Source of the DNA: Mobula hypostoma
Taxonomy: Eukaryota
DNA: 64,000 bases
Reading direction: 5' to 3'
NCBI RefSeq assembly: GCF_963921235.1
Contig: NC_086097.1
Coordinates: 118,484,001-118,548,000 of the forward strand
Shown here: in pieces, positions 36,501 through 51,500 of the stretch
How positions within the stretch are numbered: the first letter of the stretch is position 1
How the letters are laid out: each line of letters starts with the position of its first letter
Made by a program: the position numbers and the translations under genes
Notes under the pieces: model-generated
Told to the model about the DNA's origin: nothing
Databases searched by the model: none
What the model saw: the letters and a program-made list of their open reading frames with translations, nothing else

Positions 36501-39500
36501 ACATTCCAATCTGGCCCCGGCACTTCCATCAGGCCCCATTCCAATCTGGCCCCGTCACTCCGATCAGGAACCATTCCAATCTGGCCCCGGCGCTTCGATT
36601 TGGCCCCATTCCAATCTGGCCCCGGTACTACGATCAGGCCCCATTCCAATCTGGCGCCAGCACTCCGATCAGGCCCGATTGCAATCTGGCCCCGTCACTC
36701 CGATCAGGCCCCATTCCAATCTGGCCCCGTCACTTCGATCAGGCCCCATTCCAATCTGGCCCCGGTGCTTCGATCAGGCCCAATTCCAATCTGGCCCCGT
36801 CACTCCGATCAGGCCCCATTCCAATCTGACCCCGTCACTCAGATCAGGCCCCATTCCAATCTGGCCCCGTCACTCCGATCAGGACCCATTCCAATCAGGC
36901 CCCGGTGCTTCGATCAGGCCCAATTCCAATCTGGCACTGGCACTCCGATCAGGCCCCATTCCAATCTGGCCCCTTCACTCCGATCAGGACCCATTACATC
37001 TGGCCCTTTCACTCCGATCAGGGCCCATTCAAATCTGTCCCCGTCACTTCGATCAGGCCCGATTCCAATCTGGCCCCGTCACTTCCATCAGGCCCCATTC
37101 CAATCTGGCCCCGTCACTTCGATCAGGCCCCATTCCAATCTGGCCCCGTCACACCGATCAGGACCCATTCCAATCTGGCCCCGGCGCTTCGATCAGGCTC
37201 CATTCCAATCTGGTCCAATCACTCCGATCAGGCCCCATTCCTCTCTGTCCCGGAGCTTTGATCAGGCCCGATTACAATCTGGCCCCGTCAGTCCGTTCAG
37301 GCCCCATTCCAATCTGGCCCCTTAACTTCCATTAGGCCCGATTGCAATCTGGCCCCGTCACTTCAATCAGGCCCCATTCCAATCTGGCCCCGTCACTTCG
37401 ATCAGGCCCTTTTCCAATCTGGCCCCATCACTTCGATCATGCCCGATTCCAATCTGGCCCAGTCACTACGATCAGGCCCCATTCCAATCTGGCCCCGTCA
37501 CTACGATCAGGCCCCATTCCAATCTGGCCCCGTCACTTCCATTAGGCCCCATTCCAATCTCGCCCCGTCACTTCGATCAGGCCCCATTCCAGTCTGGCCC
37601 CGTAACTTCCATCAGGCCCCATTCCAATCTGGCCCCGTAACTTCGATCAGGCCCCATTCCAATCTGACCCGTCACTCCGATCAGGTCCCATTCCAATCTG
37701 GCCCCGTCACTCCAATCAGGCCCAATTCCAATCTGGCCCCGTCACTTCCATTAGGCCCGATTCAAATCTGGCCCCGTCACTTCGATCAGGCCCCATTCCA
37801 GTCTGGCCCAATCACTACCATCAGGCCCGATTCCAATCTGGCCCAGTTACTTCGATCAGCCCCCATTCCAATCTGGCCGGGTCACTTCAATCAGGCCCCA
37901 TTCCAATCTGGCCCGGTCACTCCGATCAGGACCCATGCCAATCAGGCCCCGGTGCTTCGATCAGGCCCAATTCCAATCTGGTCCCATCACTCCGATCAGG
38001 CCCCATTCCTGTCTGGCCCCGGCACTTCGATCAGGCCCGATTCCAATATGGCCCCGTCACTCCGATCAGGCCCCATTCCAATCTGGCCCAGTCACATCCA
38101 TCAGGCCCCATTCCAATTTGGCCCGGTCACTTCAATTAGGCCCATACCAATCTGGCCCCGTCAGTCCGATCAGGACCCATTCCACTCTAGCCCCGTCACT
38201 TTGTCAGGCCCCATTCCAATCTGGCCCGGTCACTTCATGCCCGATTCCAATCTGGCCCCGTCAGTCCGATCAGGACCCATTCCACTCTAGCCCTGTCACT
38301 TCTTTCAGGCCCCGTCACTTTGTCAGGCCCCATTCCAATCTGGCCCGGTCACTTCCATCAGGCACCATTCCAATCTGGCCCGGTCACTTCGATCAGGCCC
38401 CATTCCAATCTAGTCCCATCACTCCGATCAGGCCCCATTCCTGTCTGGCCCCGGCGCTTCGATCAGGCCCGATTCCAATATGGCCCCGTCACTCCGATCA
38501 GGCCCCATTCCAATCTGGCCCAGTCACATCCATCAGGCCCCATTCCAATTTGGCCCGGTCACTTCAATTAGGCCCATACCAATCTGGCCCCGTCAGTCCG
38601 ATCAGGACCCATTCCACTCTAGCCCCGTCACTTCTTTCAGGCCCCGTCACTTTGTCAGGCCCCATTCCAATCTGGCCCGGTCACTTCCATCAGGCCACAT
38701 TCCAATCTGGCCCCGGCACTTCCATCAGGCCCCATTCCAATCTGGCCCCGTCACTCCGATCAGGAACCATTCCAATCTGGCCCCGGCGCTTCGATTTGGC
38801 CCCATTCCAATCTGGCCCCGGTACGACGATCAGGCCCCATTCCAATCTGGCGCCAGCACTCCGATCAGGCCCGATTGCAATCTGGCCCCGTCACTTCAAT
38901 CAGGCCCCATTCCAATCTGGCCCCGTCACTTCGATCAGGACCCATTCCAATCAGGCCCCGGTGCTTCGATCAGGCCCAATTCCAATCTGGCACCGGCACT
39001 CCGAACAGGCCCCATTCCAATCTGGCCCCTTCACTCCGATCAGGACCCATTCCAATCTGACCCCGTCACTCCGATCAGGACCCATTCCAATCTGGCCTCG
39101 GCGCTACGATCAGGCTCCATTCCAATCTGGTCCCATCACTTCGATCAGTCCCCATTCCTGTCTGGCCCCGGCGCTTCGATCAAGCCCGATTCCAATCTGG
39201 CCCCTTAACTTCCAATAGGCCCGATTCCAATCTGGCCCCGTCACTTCAATCAGGCCCCATTCCAATCTGGCCCCGTCACTCCGATCAGGCCCCATTCCAA
39301 TCTGGCCCCGTCACTACGATCAGGCCCCATTCCAATCTGGCCCCGTCACTTCCATTAGGCCCCATTCCAATCTGGCCCCGTCACTTCGATCAGGCCCCAT
39401 TCCAGTCTGGCCCCGTAACTTCCTTCAGGCCAGATTCCAATCTGACCCAGTCACTTCGATCAGACCCCATTCCAATCTGGCCCCGTCATTTCAATCAGGT

Positions 39501-42500
39501 CCCATTCTATTCTGACCTGTCACTCCGATCAGGCCCCATTCCAATCTGGCCCCTTCACTCCGATCAGGGCCCATTCCAATCTGGCTCCGTCACTTCGATC
39601 AGGCCCCATTCCAATCTGGCCCCGTCACTCCGATCAGGACCCATTCCAATCTTGCCTCGGTTCTTCGATCAGGCCCCATTCCAATCTGGCCCCGTCACTC
39701 CGATCTGGACCCATTCCAATCTGGCCCCGGTGCTTCGATCAGGCTCCATTCCAATCTGGTCCCATCACTCCAATCAGGCCCCATTCCTCTCTGGCCCCGG
39801 CGCTTCGATCAGGCCCGATTCCAATCTGGCCCCTTCAGTCCGATCAGGCACAATTCCAATCTGGCCCCAATTAGGCCCATCCAATCTGGCCCCGTCAGTC
39901 CGATCAGGACCCATTCCACTCTAGCCCCGTCACTTTGTCAGGCCCCATTCCAATCTGGCCCGGTCACTTCCATCAGGCCCCATTCCAATCTGGCCCCGGC
40001 ACTTCCATCAGGCCCCATTCCAATCTGGTCCCGTCACTCCGATTAGGCCCCATTCCAATCTGGCCCCGGCACTCCGATCAGGCCCCATTCCAATCTGGCC
40101 CCGACACTCCGATCAGTCCCCATTTAAATCTGTCCCCGTCACTCCGATCAGGACCCATTCCAATCTGACCCCGTCACTCCGATCAGGACCCATTCCAATC
40201 TGGCCTCGGCGCTACGATCAGGCTCCATTCCAATCTGGTCCCATCACTTCGATCAGTCCCCATTCCTGTCTGGCCCCGGCGCTTCGATCAAGCCCGATTC
40301 CAATCTGGCCCCTTAACTTCCAATAGGCCCGATTCCAATCTGGCCCCGTCACTTCAATCAGGCCCCATTCCAATCTGACCCCGTCACTCCGATCAGGCCT
40401 CATTCCAATCTGGCCCCGTTACTACGATCAGGCCCCATTCCAATCTGGCCTCGTCACTTCCATTAGGCCCCATTCCAATCTGGCCCCTTCACTTCGTTCA
40501 TGCCCCATTCCAGTCTGGCCCCGTAACTTCCTTCAGGCCAGATTCCAATCTGACCCAGTCACTTCGATCAGACCCCATTCCAATCTGGCCCCGTCATTTC
40601 AATCAGGTCCCATTCTATTCTGACCTGTCACTCCGATCAGGCCCCATTCCAATCTGGCCCCTTCACTCCGATCAGGGCCCATTCCAATCTGGCTCCGTCA
40701 CATCGATCAGGCCCCATTCCAATCTGGCCCGGTCACTTCGATCAGGCCCCATTCCAATCTGGCCCCGTCACTCCGATCAGGACCCATTCCAATCTTGCCT
40801 CGGTTCTTCGATCAGGCCCCATTCCAATCTGGCCCCGTCACTCCGATCTGGACCCATTCCAATCTGGCCCCGGTGCTTCGTTCAGGCTCCATTCCAATCT
40901 GGTCCCATCACTCCAATCAGGCCCCATTCCTCTCTGGCCCCGGCGCTTCGATCAGGCCCGATTCCAATCTGGCCCCTTCAGTCCGATCAGGCACAATTCC
41001 AATCTGGCCCCTTAGCTTCCATTAGGCCCGATTCCAATGTGGCCCCGTCACTTCGATCAGGACCCATTCCACTCTAGCCCCGTCACTGTGTCAGGCCCCT
41101 TTCCAATCTGAACCGGTCACTTCCATCAGGCCCCATTCCAATCTGGCCCCTGCACTTCCATCAGGCCCCATTCCAATCTGGTCCCGTCACTCCGATTAGG
41201 CCCCATTCCAATCTGGCCCCGGCACTCCGATCAGGCCCCATTCCAATCTGGCCCCGACACTCCGATCAGTCCCCATTTAAATCTGTCCCCGTCACTCCGA
41301 TCAGGACCCATTCCAATCTGGCCTCGGCGCTTCGATCAGGCTCCATTCCAATCTGGTCCCATCACTCCGAACAGACCCCATTCCTATCTAGCCCCGGCGC
41401 TTCGATCAGGCCCGATTCCAATCTGGCCCCTTAACTTCCAATAGGCCCGATTCCAATCTGGCCCCGTCACTTCGATCAGGACCCATTCCAATCTGACCCG
41501 TCACTCTGATCAGGCCCCATTCCAATCTGGCCCCGTCACTACGATCAGGCTCTGTTCCAATCTGGTCCCATCACTCCGATCAGGCCCCATTCCTGTCTGG
41601 CCCCGGCGCTTCGATCAGGCCCGATTCCAATATGGCCCCGTCACTCCGATCAGGCCCCATTCCAATCTGGCCCAGTCACATCCATCAGGCCCCATTCCAA
41701 TTTGGCCCGGTCACTTCAATTAGGCCCATACCAATCTGGCCCCGTCAGTCCGATCAGGACCCATTCCAATCTGGCCCCATCACTTCGATCATGCCCGATT
41801 CCAATCTGGCCCCGTCAGTCCGATCAGGACCCATTCCACTCTAGCCCCGTCACTTCTTTCAGGCCCCGTCACTTTGTCAGGCCCCATTCCAATCTGGCCC
41901 GGTCACTTCCATCAGGCCCCATTCCAATCTGGACCGGTCACTTTCATCAGGCCACATTCCAATCTGGCCCCGGCACTTCCATCAGGCCCCATTCCAATCT
42001 GGCCCCGTCACTCCGATCAGGAACCATTCCAATCTGGCCCCAGCGCTTAGATTCGGCTCCATTCCAATCTGGTTCCATCACTCCGATCATTCCCCATTCC
42101 TATCTGGCCCCGGCGCTTCGATCAGGCCCGATTCCAATCTGGCCCCTTAACTTCCAATAGGCCCGATTCCAATCTGGCCCTGTCACCTCGATCAGGCCCC
42201 ATTCCAATCTGGCCCCGTCACTACGATTAGGCCCCATTCCAATCTGGCCTCGTCACTTCGATCAGGCCCCATTCCAGTCTGGCCCCGTAACTTCCATCAG
42301 GCCCGATTCCAATCTGGCCCAGTCACTTCGATCAGGCCCCATTCCAATCTGGCCCTGTCATTTCAATCAGGTCCCATTCTATTCTGACCCTTCACTCCGA
42401 TCAGGCCCCATTCCTATCTTGTCCCGGAGCTTCGATCAGGCCCCATTCCAATCTGGCCCCGTCACTCCGATCAGGACCCATTCCAATCTGGCCCCGGTGC

Positions 42501-45500
42501 TTCGATCAGGCTCCATTCCAATCTGGCCCCGTCACTCCGATCAGGCCCAATTCCAATCTGGCCCCGTCACTTCCATTAGGCCCGATTCAAATCTGGCCCC
42601 GTCACTTCGATCAGGCCCCATTCCAGTCTGGCCCAATCACTTCCATCAGGCCCGATTCCAATCTGGCCCAGTTACTTCGATAGGCCCCATTCCAATCTGG
42701 CCAGGCCACTTCAATCAGGCCCCATTCCAATCTGGCCCGGTCACTCCGATCAGGACCCATGCCAATCTGGCCCCGGTGCTTCGATCAGGCTCCATTCAAA
42801 TCTGGCCCCGTCACTCCGATCAGGCCCAATTCCAATCTGGCCCCGTCACTTCCATTAGGACCGATACACATTTGGCCCCGTCACTTCGATCAGGCCCCAT
42901 TCCAGTCTGGCGTAATCACTTCCATCAGGCCCGATTCCAATCTGGCCCAGTTACTTCGATCAGGCCCCATTCCAATCTGGCTGTGTCACTTCAATCAGGC
43001 CCCATTCCAATCTGGCCCGGTCACTCCGATCAGGACCCATGCCAATCAGGCCCCGGTGCTTCGATCAGGCCCCATTCCAATCTGGCCGGGTCACTTCAAT
43101 CAGGCCCCATTCCAATCTGACCCGTCACTTCGATCAGGACCTATTCCAATCAGGCCCCGGTGCTTCGATCAGGCCCAATTCCAATCTGGCATCGGCACTC
43201 CGATCAGGCCCCTTTCCAATCTGGCACCGGCACTCCGATCAGGCCCCATTCCAATCTGGCCCTGTCACTTCGATGAGGCCCCATTCCAGTCTGGCACCGT
43301 CATTTCCATCAGGCTCCATTCCAATCTGGCCCCGTCACTACGATCAAGCCTGATTCCAATCTGGCTCTGTCACTTCGATCAGGCCCGATTCCAATCTGGC
43401 CCCGTCACTGCGATCAGGACCTATTCCAATCTGGCCCCGGTGCTTCGATCAGGCTCCATTCCAATCTGGTCCCATTTCTCCAATCAGGCCCCATTCCTCT
43501 CTGGCTCCGGTGCTTCGATCAGGCCCGATTCCAATCTGGCACCGTCAGTCCGATCTGGCCCCTTAACTTCCATTAGGCCCGATTCCAATCTGGCCCCGAC
43601 ACTTCGATCAGGACCCATTCCACTCTAGCCCCGTAACTTTGTCAGGCCCCATTCCAATCTGGCCCAGTCACTTCCATCAGGCCCCATTCCAATCTGGCCC
43701 CTGCACTTCCATCAGGCTCCACTCCAATCTGGCCCCGGCACTCCGATCAGGCCCCATTCAAATCTGGCCCCGGTATTGCAATCAGGCCCCATTCCAATCT
43801 GGCCCCGGCATTGCAATCAGGCCCCATTCCAATCTGGCCCTATCACTTCAATCAAGTCCCATTCCAATCTGGCCGCGTCACTCTGATCAAGCCCCATTCC
43901 AATCTGGCCCCGTCACTCCGATCAGGTTCCATTCCAATCTGGCCCCCTCACTTCCATTAGGCCCGATTCCAATCTGGCCCCGTCATTTCAATCACGTCCC
44001 ATTCTATTCTGACCCGTCATTCCGATCAGGCCCTTTTTCAATCTGCCCCGTCACTCCGATCAGGCCCAATTCAAATCTGGCCCCGGCACTCCGATCTGGC
44101 CCAATTCCAATCTGGTCCCATCACTCCGATCAGTCCCCATTCCGATCTGGCCCCGGCGCTTCGATCAGCCCGATTCCAATCTGGCCCATTAACTTCCAAT
44201 AGGCTCGATTCCAATCAGGCCCGATTCCAATCTGGCCCCGTCACTTCAATCAGGCCCAATTCCACTCTGGCCCAGTCACTTCAATCAGGTCCCATTCCAA
44301 TCTGACCCGTCACTCCGATCAGCCCCATTCCAATCTGGCCCCGTCACTCCGAACAGGCCCAATTCCAATCTGGCCCTGTCACTTCGATCAGTCCCCATTC
44401 CTATCTGGCCCCGTCACTTCAATCAGGCCCGATTCCAATCTGGCCCCGTAACTTCGATCAGGCCCAATTCCACTCTGGCCCAGTCATTTCAATCAGGTCC
44501 CATTCCAATCTGACCCGTCACTCGGATCAGGCCCCATTCCAATCTGGCCCCGTCACTCCGATCAGGCCCAATTCCAATCTGGCCCCATCACTTCCATTAG
44601 GCCCGATTCCAATCTGGCCCCGTCACTCCGATCAGGCCCAATTCCAATCTGGCCCCGTCAATTCCATTAGGCCCGATTCAAATCTGGCCCAATCACTTCA
44701 ATCAGGGCCCATTCCAATCTGGCCCCATCACTTCGATCAGGCCCCATTCCAATCTGGCCCTGTCACTTCGATGAGGCCCCATTCCAATCTGGCCTCGTCA
44801 CTCTGATCAGGACCCATTCCAATCTGGCCCCGGCGCTTCGATCAGGCTCCATTCCAATCTGGTCCCATCACTCCGATCAGGCCCCATTCGAATCTGGCCC
44901 CGGCATTGCAATCAGGCCCCATTCGAATCTGCCCCCTTCACTTCAATCAGGTCCCATTCCAATCTGGCCGCGTCACTCTGATCAAGCCGCATTCCGATCT
45001 GGCCCCGTCACTCTGATCAGGTCCCATTCCAATCTGGCCCCCTCACTTCAATTAGGCCCATACCAATTTGGCCCCATCACTCCGATCAGGACACATTCCA
45101 ATCTTGCCACAGTGCTTCTATCAGCCGCCATTCCATTCTGGCCCCGGCACTCCGATCAGGCCCCATTCCAATCTGGCCCCGGCACTCCGATCAGGCCCCA
45201 TTCAAATCTGGCCCCAGCACTCCGATCAGGCCCCATCCCAATCTGGCCCCGTCACTCGGATCAGTCCCCATTCCAATCTGGCCCCGGCACTTCGAGCAGG
45301 CCCGATTCCAATCTGGCCCCGTCACTCCAATCAGGCCCAATTCCAATCTGGCCCCGTCACTTCCATTAGGCCCGATTCCAATCTGGCCCCGTCACTTCGA
45401 TCAGGCCCCATTCCAGTGTGGCCCCATCACTTCCATCAGGCCCGATTCCAATCTGGCCCAGTCACTTCGATCAGGCCCCATTCCAATTTGGCCGGGTCAC

Positions 45501-48500
45501 TTCAATCAGGCCCCATTCCAATCTGGCCCCGGCGCTTCGATCAGGCTCCATTGCAATCTGGTCCCATCACTCCGATCTGGCCCCATTCGAATCTGGCCCA
45601 GCATTGAAATCAGGCCCCATTCGAACCTGCCCCCTTCACTTCAATCAGGTCCCATTCCAATCTGGCCGTGTCACTCTGATCAAGCCGCATTCCAATCTGG
45701 CCCCGTCACTCCGATCAGGTCCCATTCCAATCTGGCCCCCTCACTTCCATTAGGCCCGATTCCAATCTGGCCCCGTCACTTCAATCAGGTCCCATTCCAA
45801 TCTGACCCATCACTCCGAAAAGGCCCCATTCCAATCTGGCCCCGTCACTCCGATCAGGCCCCATTCCAATCTGGCCCCGTCACTTCCATCAGGCCCCATC
45901 CCAATCTGGCCCCGTCACTCTGATCAGTCCCCATTCCAATCTGGCCCCGGCACCTCGAGCAGGCCCGATTCCAATCTGGCCCTGTCACTCCGATCAGGCC
46001 CAATTCCAATCTGGCCCCGTCACTTCCATTAGGCCCGATTCCAATCTGGCCCCGGTGCTTCGATCAGGCTCCATTCCAATCTGGCCCCATCACTTCCATC
46101 AGGCCCGATTCCAATCTGGCCCAGTCACTTCGATCAGGCCCCATTCCAATCTGGCCCGGTCACTCCAAACAGGACCCATTCCAATCAGGCCCCGGTGCTT
46201 CGATCAGGCCCAATTCCAATCTAGCCCCGTCACTCCGATCAGGCCCCATTCCAATCTGGCCCGGGCACTCCGATCAGGCCTCATTCCAATCTGGCCCCGT
46301 CACTACGATCAGGCTCTATTCCAATCGGGCCTCGTCACTTCCATTAGGCCCCATTCCAAACTGGCCCCGTCACTTCGATCAGGCCCCATTCCAGTCTGGC
46401 CCCGTAACTTCCAGCAGGCCCGATTCCAATCTGACCCAGTCACTTTGATCAGGCCCCATTCCAATCTGGCCCCATCATTTCAATCAGGTCCCATTCTATT
46501 CTGACCCGTCACTCCGATCAGACCCCATTCCAATCTGGCCCCGTCACTCCGATCAGGCCCAATTCCAATCTGGCTCCGTCACTTCCATTAGGACCGATTC
46601 AAATTTAGCCCCGTCACTCCGATCAGGCCCCATTCCAATCTGGCCCCATCACTCCGATCAGTCCCCATTCAAATCTGACCCCGTCACTCTGATGAAGACC
46701 CATTCCAATCTGGCCTCGGCGCTTCGATCAGGCTCCATTCCAATCTGGTTCCATCACTCCGATCATTCCCCATTCCTATCTGGCCCCGGCGCTTCGATCA
46801 GGCCCGATTCCAATCTGGCCCCTTAACTTCCAATTGGCCCGATTCCAATCTGGCCCCTTAACTTCCAATTGGCCCGATTCCAATCTGGCCCCGTCACTTC
46901 GATCACGCCCCATTCCAATCTGGCCCCGTCACAACGATTAGGCCCCATTCCAATCTGGCCTCGTCACTTCGTTCAGGCCCCATTCCAGTCTGGCCCCGTA
47001 ACTTCCATCAGGCCCGATTCCAATCTGGCCCAGTCACATTGATCAGGCCCCATTCCAATCTGGCCCCGTCATTTCAATCAGGTCCCGTTCTATTCTGACC
47101 CGTCATTCCGATCAGGCCCCATTCCAATCTGGGCCTTCACTCCGATCAGGGCCCATTCCAATCTGGCACTATCACTTCGATCAGGCCCGATTCCAATCTG
47201 GCCCTGGCACTCCGATCAGGGCCCATTGCAATCTGGCCCCATCACTTCGATCAGGTCCCATTCCAATCTGGCCCGGTCACTTCGATCAGGCCCCATTCCA
47301 ATCTGGCCCCGTCACTCCTATCAGGACCCATTCCAATCTGGCCCCGGTGCTTCGATCAGGCCCGATTCCAATCTGGCACCGTCAGTCCGATCAGGCCCCA
47401 TTCCAGTCTGGCCCCTTAACTTCCATTAGGCCCGATTCCAATCTGGCCCCGTCACTTCGATCATGCCCAATTCCAATCTGGCCCAGTTACTCCGATCAGG
47501 ACCCATTCCAATCTGGACCCGGCGGTTCGATTAGGCTCCATTCCAATCTGGTCCCATCACTCCGATCAGGCCACATTCCTATCTGTCCCCGGCGCTTCGA
47601 TCAGGCCCGATTCCAATCTGGCCCCGTCACTTCCATCAGGTCCCATTCCAATCTGACCCGTCACTCCGATCAGGCCCCTTTCCTATCTGGCCCCGGAGCT
47701 TCGATCAGGCCCCATTCCAATCTGGCCCCGTCACTCCGATCAGGACCCATTCCAATCTGGCCCCGGTGCTTCGATCAGGCTCCATTCCAATCTGGCCCCG
47801 TCACTCCGATCAGGCCCAATTCCAATCTGGCCCCGTCACTTCCATGAGGACCGATTCAAATTTGGCCCCGTCACTTCGATCAGGCCCCATTCCAGTCTGG
47901 CCTAATCACTTCCATCAGGCCCGATTCCAATCTGGCCCAGTTACTTCGATCAGGCCCCATTCCAATCTGGCCGGGTCACTTCAATCAGGCCCCATTCCAA
48001 CATGCCCGGTCAATCCGATCAGGACCCATTCCCATCAGGCCCCGGTGCTTCGATCAGGCCCCAATCCAATCTGGCCCCGTCACTCCGATCAGGCCCAATT
48101 CCAATCTGGCCCCGTCACTTCCATTAGGCCCGATTCCAATCTGGCCCCGTCACTCCGATCAGGCCCAATTCCAATCTGGCCCCGTCAATTCCATTAGGCC
48201 CGATTCAAATCTGGCCCAATCACTTCGATCAGGGCCCATTCCAATCTGGCCCCATCACTTCGATCAGGCCCCATTCCAATCTGGCCCTGTCGCTTCGATG
48301 AGGCCCCATTCCAATCTGGCCTCGTCACTCTGATCAGGACCCATTCCAATCTGGCCCCGGCGCTTCGATCAGGCTCCATTCCAATCTGGTCCCATCACTC
48401 CGATCAGGCCCCATTCGAATCTGGCCCCGGCATTGCAATCAGGCCCCATTCGAATCTGCCCCCTTCACTTCAATCAGGTCCCATTCCAATCTGGCCGCGT

Positions 48501-51500
48501 CACTCTGATCAAGCCGCATTCCGATCTGGCCCCGTCACTCTGATCAGGTCCCATTCCAATCTGGCCCCCTCACTTCAATTAGGCCCATACCAATTTGGCC
48601 CCATCACTCCGATCAGGACACATTCCAATCTTGCCACAGTGCTTCTATCAGCCGCCATTCCATTCTGGCCCCGGCACTCCGATCAGGCCCCATTCCAATC
48701 TGGCCCCGGCACTCCGATCAGGCCCCATTCAAATCTGGCCCCAGCACTCCGATCAGGCCCAATCCCAATCTGGCCCCATCACTCGGATCAGTCCCCATTC
48801 CAATCTGGCCCCGGCACTTCGAGCAGGCCCGATTCCAATCTGACCCCGTCACTCCAATCAGGCCCAATTCCAATCTGGCCCCGTCACTTCCATTAGGCCC
48901 GATTCCAATCTGGCCCCGTCACTTTGATCAGGCCCCATTCCAGTCTGGCCCCATCACTTCCATCAGGCCCGATTCCAATCTGGCCCAGTCACTTCGATCA
49001 GGCCCCATTCCAATTTGGCCGGGTCACTTCAATCAGGCCCCATTCCAATCTGGCCCCGGCGCTTCGATCAGGCTCCATTCCAATCTGGTCCCATCGCTCC
49101 GATCAGGCCCCATTCGAATCTGGCCCCAGCATTGCAATCAGGCCCCAGTCGAACCTGCCCCCTTCACTTCAATCAGGTCCCATTCCAATCTGGCCGCGTC
49201 ACTCTGATCAAGCCGCATTCCAATCTGGCCCCGTCACTCCGATCAGGTCCCATTCCAATCTGGCCCCCTCACTTCCATTAGGCCCGATTCCAATCTGGCC
49301 CCGTCACTTCAATCAGGTCCCATTCCAATCTGACCCATCACTCCGAAAAGGCCCCATTCCAATCTGGCCCCGTCACTCCGATCAGGCCCCATTCCAATCT
49401 GGCCCCGTCACTTCCATCAGGCCCCATCCCAATCTGGCCCCGTCACTCTGATCAGTCCCCATTCCAATCTGGCCCCAGCACTTCGAGCAGGCCCGATTCC
49501 AATCTGGCCCCGTCACTCCGATCAGGTCCAATTCCAATCTGGCCCCGTCACTTCCATTAGGCCCGATTCCAATCTGGCCCCGGTGCTTCGATCAGGCTCC
49601 ATTCCAATCTGGCCCCATCACTTCCATCAGGCCCGATTCCAATCTGGCCCAGTCACTTCGATCAGGCCCCATTCCAATTTGGCCGGGTCACTTCAATCAG
49701 GCCCCATTCCAATCTGGCCCGGTCACTCCGATCAGGACCCATGCCAATCAGGCCCCGGTGCTTCGATCAGGCCCAATTCCAATCTAGCCCCGTCACTCCG
49801 ATCAGGCCCCATTCCAATCTGGCCCGGGCACTCCGATCAGGCCTCATTCCAATCTGGCCCCGTCACTACGATCAGGCTCTATTCCAATCGGGCCTCGTCA
49901 CTTCCATTAGGCCCCATTCCAATCTGGCCCCGTCACTTCGATCAGGCCCCATTCCAGTCTGGCCCCGTAACTTCCAGCAGGCCCGATTCCAATCTGACCC
50001 AGTCACTTTGATCACGCCCCATTCCAATCTGGCCCCATCATTTCAATCAGGTCCCATTCTATTCTGACCCGTCACTCCGATCAGACCCCATTCAAATTTA
50101 GCCCCGTCACTCCGATCAGGCCCCATTCCAATCTGGCCCCATCACTCCGATCAGTCCCCATTCCAATCTGACCCCGTCACTCCGATCAAGACCCATTCCA
50201 ATCTGGCCTCGGCGCTTCGATCAGGCTCCATTCCAATCTGGTTCCATCACTCCGATCATTCCCCATTCCTATCTGGCCCCGGCGCTTCGATCAGGCCCGA
50301 TTCCAATCTGGCCCCTTAACTTCCAATTGGCCCGATTCCAATCTGGCCCCGTCACTTCGATCAGGCCCCATTCCAATCTGGCCCCGTCACAACGATTAGG
50401 CCCCATTCCAATCTGGCCTCGTCACTTCGTTCAGGCCCCATTCCAGTCTGGCCCCGTAACTTCCATCAGGCCCGATTCCAATCTGGCCCAGTCACATTGA
50501 TCAGGCCCCATTCCAATCTGGCCCCGTCATTTCAATCAGGTCCCGTTCTATTCTGACCCGTCATTCCGATCAGGCCCCATTCCAATCTGGGCCTTCACTC
50601 CGATCAGGGCCCATTCCAATCTGGCTCTATCACTTCGATCAGGCCCGATTCCAATCTGGCCCTGGCACTCCGATCAGGGCCCATTGCAATCTGGCCCCAT
50701 CACTTCGATCAGGTCCCATTCCAATCTGGCCCCGTCACTCCTATCAGGACCCATTCCAATCTGGCCCCGGTGCTTCGATCAGGCCCGATTCCAATCTGGC
50801 ACCGTTAGTCCGATCAGGCCCCATTCCAGTCTGGCCCCTTAACTTCCATTAGGCCCGATTCCAATCTGGCCCCGTCACTTCGATCATGCCCAATTCCAAT
50901 CTGGCCCAGTTACTCCGATCAGGACCCATTCCAATCTGGACCCGGCGGTTCGATTAGGCTCCATTCCAATCTGGTCCCATCATTCCGATCAGGCCACATT
51001 CCTATCTGTCCCCGGCGCTTCGATCAGGCCCGATTCCAATCTGGCCCCGTCACTTCCATCAGGTCCCATTCCAATCTGACCCGTCACTCCGATCAGGCCC
51101 CATTCCTATCTGGCCCCGGAGCTTCGATCAGGCCCCATTCCAATCTGGCCCCGTCACTCTGATCAGGACCCATTCCAATCTGGCCCCGGTGCTTCGATCA
51201 GGCTCCATTCCAATCTGGCCCCGTCACTCCGATCAGGCCCAATTCCAATCTGGTCCCGTCACTTCCATGAGGACCGATTCAAATTTGGCCCCGTCACTTC
51301 GATCAGGCCCCATTCCAGTCTGGCCTAATCACTTCCATCAGGCCCGATTCCAATCTGGCCCAGTTACTTCGATCAGGCCCCATTCCAATCTGGCCGGGTC
51401 ACTTCAATCAGGCCCCATTCCAATCTGGCCCGGTCACTCCGATCAGGACCCATTCCCATCAGGCCCCGGTGCTTCGATCAGGCCCAATTCCAATCTGACA

